Source: Rhizaria sp. SCN 62-66
Taxonomy: Eukaryota
Direction of reading: 5' to 3'
Assembly (NCBI GenBank): GCA_001724265.1
Contig: MEDY01000308.1
Coordinates: 1 to 37,177 of the forward strand
Length of the DNA stretch: 37,177 nt
Part shown: positions 32,964-37,177 of the stretch, one piece after another
Layout: every line of letters begins with the position of its first letter
How positions within the stretch are numbered: position 1 is the first letter of the stretch
Position numbers and translations under genes: made by a program
The notes under the pieces: generated by a model
What the model was told of the DNA's origin: nothing
The model's input: the letters and a program-made list of their open reading frames with translations, nothing else
The model's database searches: none

Positions 32964-33555
32964 GAGCCCAAGACGTAGGAGGATTACGGAAGAGAAGGGT
33001 GCGCTGCTTTGTTGGTTGAGACAGACGACGACGGAGTCAGAGTTGTAGAGACGTGTCTAGGAGGGGGATTCTTTAGGGCGCAGTAAGGGGTAGTGAAGTG
33101 ATGAAGTAATATTTGATAGAAACTTATTGGTTATCATCGGGCACAGTAAAATCTACGCAGAACAACGGACTCTAAGCGCACCTATCTCGTTCCTCGTGAT
33201 CGTCGAATCGCCCTCTTTTCGCAGAGCACGAATCCCGACTTTTTGCGAACCGAAGGCTAACAACAATCAAGACAAAAAGACCACCACAAATGATTGTCCC
33301 CTATCTTTCAACCTCATACATGGGCTAGAATAGTCGTCGTTCGGCTTTATTTTGCCACTTTCAGAATCCAAGAGGCCGAGTCTCTATGCCCACACAATTT
33401 GAGATCATTTCTTGTTGTTAGTGCCACTTTCCAACCTTTCTATCAAGGCCTGCCGCAAACCACAAATATCCTTCGCTCACTTCAAACCTTCCTTTCCCCC
33501 TGCGACCGACACCTGCTGGGACTCCCTTTTGTTTCTTGTATGCCTCTACAGCCGG

Positions 33556-34623
33556 ATGTCGAGTGACCTCACAATTACCGTCAAGACGCTGTCTCTGGCA
33601 TCCCACAGCGTCACCGTCCCGCGCACGATGACTCTGTCCGCCTTTAAGGCCCACCTCACGGCCACCCTGTGCGCCCCCGCCAGTGAGGCCACGCCTGAAG
33701 ATGCGCTGGCTTTCGACACCTCCGTTGCCGACGAAGTTATCGGCGTTGTCTACAACGGCTCCGTGCTCACCGACGCGAACGCCACGCTCGAGAGCATTGG
33801 CATCACCAGCGGTGACCACGTTGTCATCACAACCGCAGTCAACATCGCCCCTACTCCCCCCGCGACCGCGACCGCGTCCGCGTCAGCCGCCAACGACCCC
33901 GTCAAGCGTGTGCTCTTTGCCGGCGACGCTGCCCCCGCCCCTGCTGCCACCGCGTCATCGCCATCGTCCTCGTCGTCGTCGTCGCAGCCCTCGCGCACGT
34001 GGACGTGCGACGTGTGCACCTACGTCAACCTTATCTCTGCCGAGCAGTGCGAGATGTGCGACTCCTCCGTGCCGGTTGACGCCCCCGCCCTCTCCGCGCC
34101 CGGCGCCGCGGCCACTGCGTCCGCGATCGCCGCCGCGACGGCGGACACGCTGGCTGAGCTCCAGGCCGACGACGACGCCACCGCCTGCGCCTCCGGCTCC
34201 GCAGCCTCCGCTGCGCTCATCGACGTGCGCGCACTGCTCGAGCTCGCCAAGGACGACGCCGACGTGCGCATTGCGCTCGTGACTGCGCTCGGCCTCGGCG
34301 GCGATGGAGTCGACGGCAGCGACGTCACGCACGGCGCGCTCACCGCCGCTGTCGTCGACGCCGCCACGCAGGCGCTGCAGGCCGCGCGCGCGACGCCCGA
34401 CTCGGAGCTCGACGACGCGGCCGCCACTGCAGGCGCGGACCTGACCACGCTCAAGGGCAAGATCGCGTTCCTCACCTCGGCGACCGCGGCCGAGGTCGCG
34501 GGCATCGCAGTCAAGGACGCCGCCGTCAAGGTGCAGTTGGCGCGCGCGCTGGGCATCGCGCCCGCGGCGGCCGACGCCGAGACCGTGGCCAAGCTGCTCG
34601 AGCAGGAGGCCGCCGCGGAGTGA
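33556..34623 (+). CDS. Ubiquitin-like domain + RanBP2/NZF zinc finger protein, ~355 aa
   Basis: ATG at 33556 after a TACAG acceptor. UBL: LTITVKTL...VVYNGSVLTDANATLESIGITSGDHVVI. NZF: WTCDVCTYVNLISAEQCEMC at 34000-34059. Helical C-terminus, stop TGA. Confidence 0.85.
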   Translation: MSSDLTITVKTLSLASHSVTVPRTMTLSAFKAHLTATLCAPASEATPEDALAFDTSVADEVIGVVYNGSVLTDANATLESIGITSGDHVVITTAVNIAPTPPATATASASAANDPVKRVLFAGDAAPAPAATASSPSSSSSSSQPSRTWTCDVCTYVNLISAEQCEMCDSSVPVDAPALSAPGAAATASAIAAATADTLAELQADDDATACASGSAASAALIDVRALLELAKDDADVRIALVTALGLGGDGVDGSDVTHGALTAAVVDAATQALQAARATPDSELDDAAATAGADLTTLKGKIAFLTSATAAEVAGIAVKDAAVKVQLARALGIAPAAADAETVAKLLEQEAAAE

Positions 34624-34650
34624 GTGCGAGTACCGGTGAGTGCGAGTACC
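34620..34650 (+). repeat. Direct repeat GTGAGTGCGAGTACC x2 overlapping the stop codon
   Basis: Copies at 34620-34634 and 34636-34650. A second imperfect GATGAC..ACGGTGACAGA duplication follows at ~34665-34700. Confidence 0.7.
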
Positions 34651-35491
34651 AGTGCGCGCTGGACGATGACACGGTGACAGATGACAGGACGGTGACAGAC
34701 CGAGTGTCGCTGTATTGGTCTCGTTGCACACGTTAAAGTTGCTACCTCAACAGGTTGACACACGCTTGGTGGCTGGACGAGTTTGTACGATGCGTTAGCG
34801 TGGGCTGATATGCATGAGTTCCGAATCAGTTGAAAGCAAGGTCCGTTCGGGCCGATAGATGCTTCTCCGAGTGGGAGACTGCACTTTGCTGTGATATAAT
34901 ACGCCTAGTTATCACTTTTTCAACTCTATCAAGTGTCACATAGAACCTACTATATCAAATCTGTTCAATTTTAGTTATTTGTACGATTATTTACTGATTT
35001 TCAGCGTTCACTGGCACCTACAGAACAAACTTTGCCGTTCAGATATTCGAATGCGATTAGAAAGTATGACAGAAAATACATACATGTGTATGGGACAATG
35101 AAAAATAGTAACATAAAAGAGAGACATTAGACACACATTAGTAATACACATCACAGTGGTTTTGGTTACTGTGGCCTATGACGTGTTAGCTCTGAAGTAC
35201 GCAGAGAGCACATTTTGGTTTGGTTTGGTTTGAAAATATACACTGTGACCATGGGTCATAAGGATGACAAAAACAGATCAATAAGAGATTGCACATATGA
35301 TTTCGCCTAGAAACATATAAACGCAAAAATAAATGAAAATGTACATAAGAACAAGTCTTTCATCAGATCAGGACTTGTACGCGTAACAACAAAAGTAATA
35401 TGAGCTCACGTGAACAAACTACAACAAAACCAAAAACTAGTCTAAAACAAACGCATTTCTGTTGCTCATCAGACAGAAAAATATCATGTTC

Positions 35492-37177
35492 TTAGAACGC
35501 CGACTCAGCAGGTGAGTACCCCGTGAACTTGATCGTGTACTGCTTCACCGACCCGTCCTGGTCGCGCACGCGCACAACCGCCGTCGAAGCCACCGGCTTC
35601 CACAGCGTGATTCCCGTCGCCTCGCGGCCCACAAAGCGCGCCGGCACCTTCTTAAGATCCGTCTTATCGGAGAACTCCTCGATGACGCGGCGCACGCCGT
35701 GGAGGTCGCTGCGCAGCGAGCCGGGGAAGAGGGCCATCTTGCTGCTCTTGACGTCGCGCGCCCCCGCGAGCGTGAGCATCATCATCTGGTCCTCCTGCGT
35801 CTGTCCGTTGGCGTCGCGGAAGTGTGCGGGGCGGCGCAGCACCGACGTGCAGGGGTGCCACGCCGTGGGCTTGAGCGAGAGCGAGAACTCGGAGGCGTCG
35901 CTCTGCGACATGTAGATGTAGAAGTCGAACGGGTTGCGCGCGGTGTCCCGGTCAAACTTCGCGGTGTGGTGCGTGCAGTCGCTCGCGTGGGTGTACTCGC
36001 ACTTGCAGTCGCGGCCGCCAAACTCGTCGACGTCGACGTCAGCGCAGGCGACGTCTTCCTTAGTCTGGTCCGCAGCCTGAGGAGCGTTCGAAATATTGTT
36101 GCTGACGTCACTCTTGGCGTCCTCCGACTCCGCCACAGTCGCCGACTCCGCCACAGTCGCCGCCTTCGCCTCGGTCGCAGCCCCCGCCTTGGCCGTAGCC
36201 TTGGCAGCTGCGTAGTCAGCGTCATCCTCCTTGTCGCTCGCGACAGCCTCGTCAGACTCCGGGGCAGCGGCCTCGGCGTCGCCCTGCGTCTTGTCGCCCT
36301 TGCTGTCGCCCTTGCCCGCCTGAGCGGCCTCGCCGACAGTCTTGTACACGGCGGCTGTGACGTCCCACTTCACCACGGGCGGCGCGTTGTACTTAGTCTG
36401 CGTCGTCATGCTGCCGTAGTACCACCGATCAGGCGCCTGCACCCACATCGCAGTGGCAGTCGGCAGCACCTGCGTGACGAGCTCGTGGTAGCCGAGAACG
36501 ACGTCCTCGCTCTTGTCGTCGTCATCGCTCTTCTTGACGGGCGCTGCCTCAACAGCCGCCCCGGGACTCTGACCCTGCTTGCCCTTGGCCTCGGCCTCGG
36601 CGGCGGCGACGGCGGCGTCGCTCTTGCGCAGCTCGGGCGTCTTGCGGTCCTTCTCCCACTCCGCCACAGGAGCCAGCGGAGAAACCCACGACGCCCAGCC
36701 GGCCTTGCTGACGTCAGCGACGGTGGCCACGCGGCGGTCCATCGCGGGCTTGAGCCCGAGCTTCTCGAACGCGCGCTCGGCGGCAGCGATCTCGCCCGCG
36801 CTGGCCTCCGTCTGTGGGCGCTGGTACGTCTCGGGCGCCGTCATCACGTTGAGCGCGCGCTTGATCCGGTCAACGCTGTCGCCGTTGACGAGGTGGTCGT
36901 ACACCTTGCCGATGAGGTTGCTTGCGGGGTAGCACCAGCCGGGGGCCGCGGAGGCCGTGGCGCGCCACATTGCGCGGTTCGCCAGCACGGGGCACGTGGT
37001 GCTGTCGGCGTCGTAGGCGGTCTGGGGCCAGTGCGCGGTGGCGGCAACCCAGGCCTGGTACAGGAACGACGCCTGCGTGCGGTGGACACAACGATAAGAT
37101 AAGCACAAAAGACAGGAAGAGTAATGAGAAAGTGAGCATGGCAATACCGTGAAGCTAACCTGTTTCCGTTTGTCGTT
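35492..37177 (-). CDS. Uncharacterised protein resembling a mainly bacterial/phage hypothetical family; 5'-partial, join(37177..37160,37072..35492)
   Basis: Spliced reading NDKRKQ|ASFLYQAW.... Globular blocks MWRATASAAPGWCYP, YQRPQTEASAGEIAAAERAFEKLGL...RRVA, VLPTA, PPVVKWD, RNPFDFYIY, LAGARD, ALFPGSLRSDLHGVRRVIEEFS. The family resemblance is from memory, not a search. Stop is TAA. Confidence 0.75.
   Translation of the reverse strand, partial: NDKRKQVSFTVLPCSLSHYSSCLLCLSYRCVHRTQASFLYQAWVAATAHWPQTAYDADSTTCPVLANRAMWRATASAAPGWCYPASNLIGKVYDHLVNGDSVDRIKRALNVMTAPETYQRPQTEASAGEIAAAERAFEKLGLKPAMDRRVATVADVSKAGWASWVSPLAPVAEWEKDRKTPELRKSDAAVAAAEAEAKGKQGQSPGAAVEAAPVKKSDDDDKSEDVVLGYHELVTQVLPTATAMWVQAPDRWYYGSMTTQTKYNAPPVVKWDVTAAVYKTVGEAAQAGKGDSKGDKTQGDAEAAAPESDEAVASDKEDDADYAAAKATAKAGAATEAKAATVAESATVAESEDAKSDVSNNISNAPQAADQTKEDVACADVDVDEFGGRDCKCEYTHASDCTHHTAKFDRDTARNPFDFYIYMSQSDASEFSLSLKPTAWHPCTSVLRRPAHFRDANGQTQEDQMMMLTLAGARDVKSSKMALFPGSLRSDLHGVRRVIEEFSDKTDLKKVPARFVGREATGITLWKPVASTAVVRVRDQDGSVKQYTIKFTGYSPAESAF
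37073..37159 (-). other. Spliceosomal intron (87 nt, phase 0)
   Basis: Minus strand: CAG|GTTAGC donor, T/C-rich body, CACGCAG|GCG acceptor. This explains the non-protein-like start (MPCSLSHYSSCLL) of the ORF-track entry. Confidence 0.72.

Noticed and set aside
34620-34625. Perfect GTGAGT donor overlapping the UBL-NZF stop codon, suggesting a further exon
   Set aside because: No GC-rich coding-like exon is visible before the convergent gene ends at 35492, and the motif is part of a local duplication. RNA-seq would settle it.
1257-37102. Many long overlapping antisense or alternate-frame ORFs (e.g. 1257..2972-, 2976..4715-, 9265..10683+, 14040..15902+, 26650..28671-, 35699..37102+)
   Set aside because: These are shadow ORFs expected from very GC-rich, codon-biased coding DNA. 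The translations are Arg/Ala-rich with no motifs, and they overlap well-supported genes.
1-37177. Prokaryotic operon, defence island, prophage or RNA genes
   Set aside because: Spliceosomal introns and the eukaryote-specific genes VPS15, VPS16 and 3R-MYB show a nuclear eukaryotic locus. No rRNA, tRNA or CRISPR patterns were seen.

Overview
Gene-dense eukaryotic nuclear DNA, probably from a protist, though the lineage cannot be fixed from this window. Coding regions are very GC-rich and Ala-rich, the spacers between genes are short and AT-rich, and there are a few short GT-AG introns. I can support nine genes: (1) the 5' end of a secreted protein (-); (2) an R1R2R3 (3R) MYB transcription factor (+); (3) a giant ~12.8 kb reading frame (-) of low-complexity sequence plus a SAM domain and a tyrosine-kinase-like domain, interrupted by one in-frame TAG at 10680-10682; (4) a secreted Ala/Lys/Pro-rich modular protein (-); (5) an F-box-like/Yae1_N fusion (+); (6) an expanded VPS15 (+); (7) VPS16 (-); (8) a UBL + NZF zinc-finger protein (+); (9) the 3' part of an intron-containing gene resembling an uncharacterised family I recall mainly from bacteria and phages (-). 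I saw no rRNA, tRNA, CRISPR array or transposon. The most interesting signals are the lone in-frame TAG (no other gene here ends in TAG), the candidate horizontally acquired gene, SFIE/AFLE-type putative processing sites in the two secreted proteins, the F-box-Yae1 fusion, splice acceptors just upstream of nearly every ATG, and a recurrent upstream TTCCGAC motif. All family assignments come from recognising motifs by eye; no database search was run.
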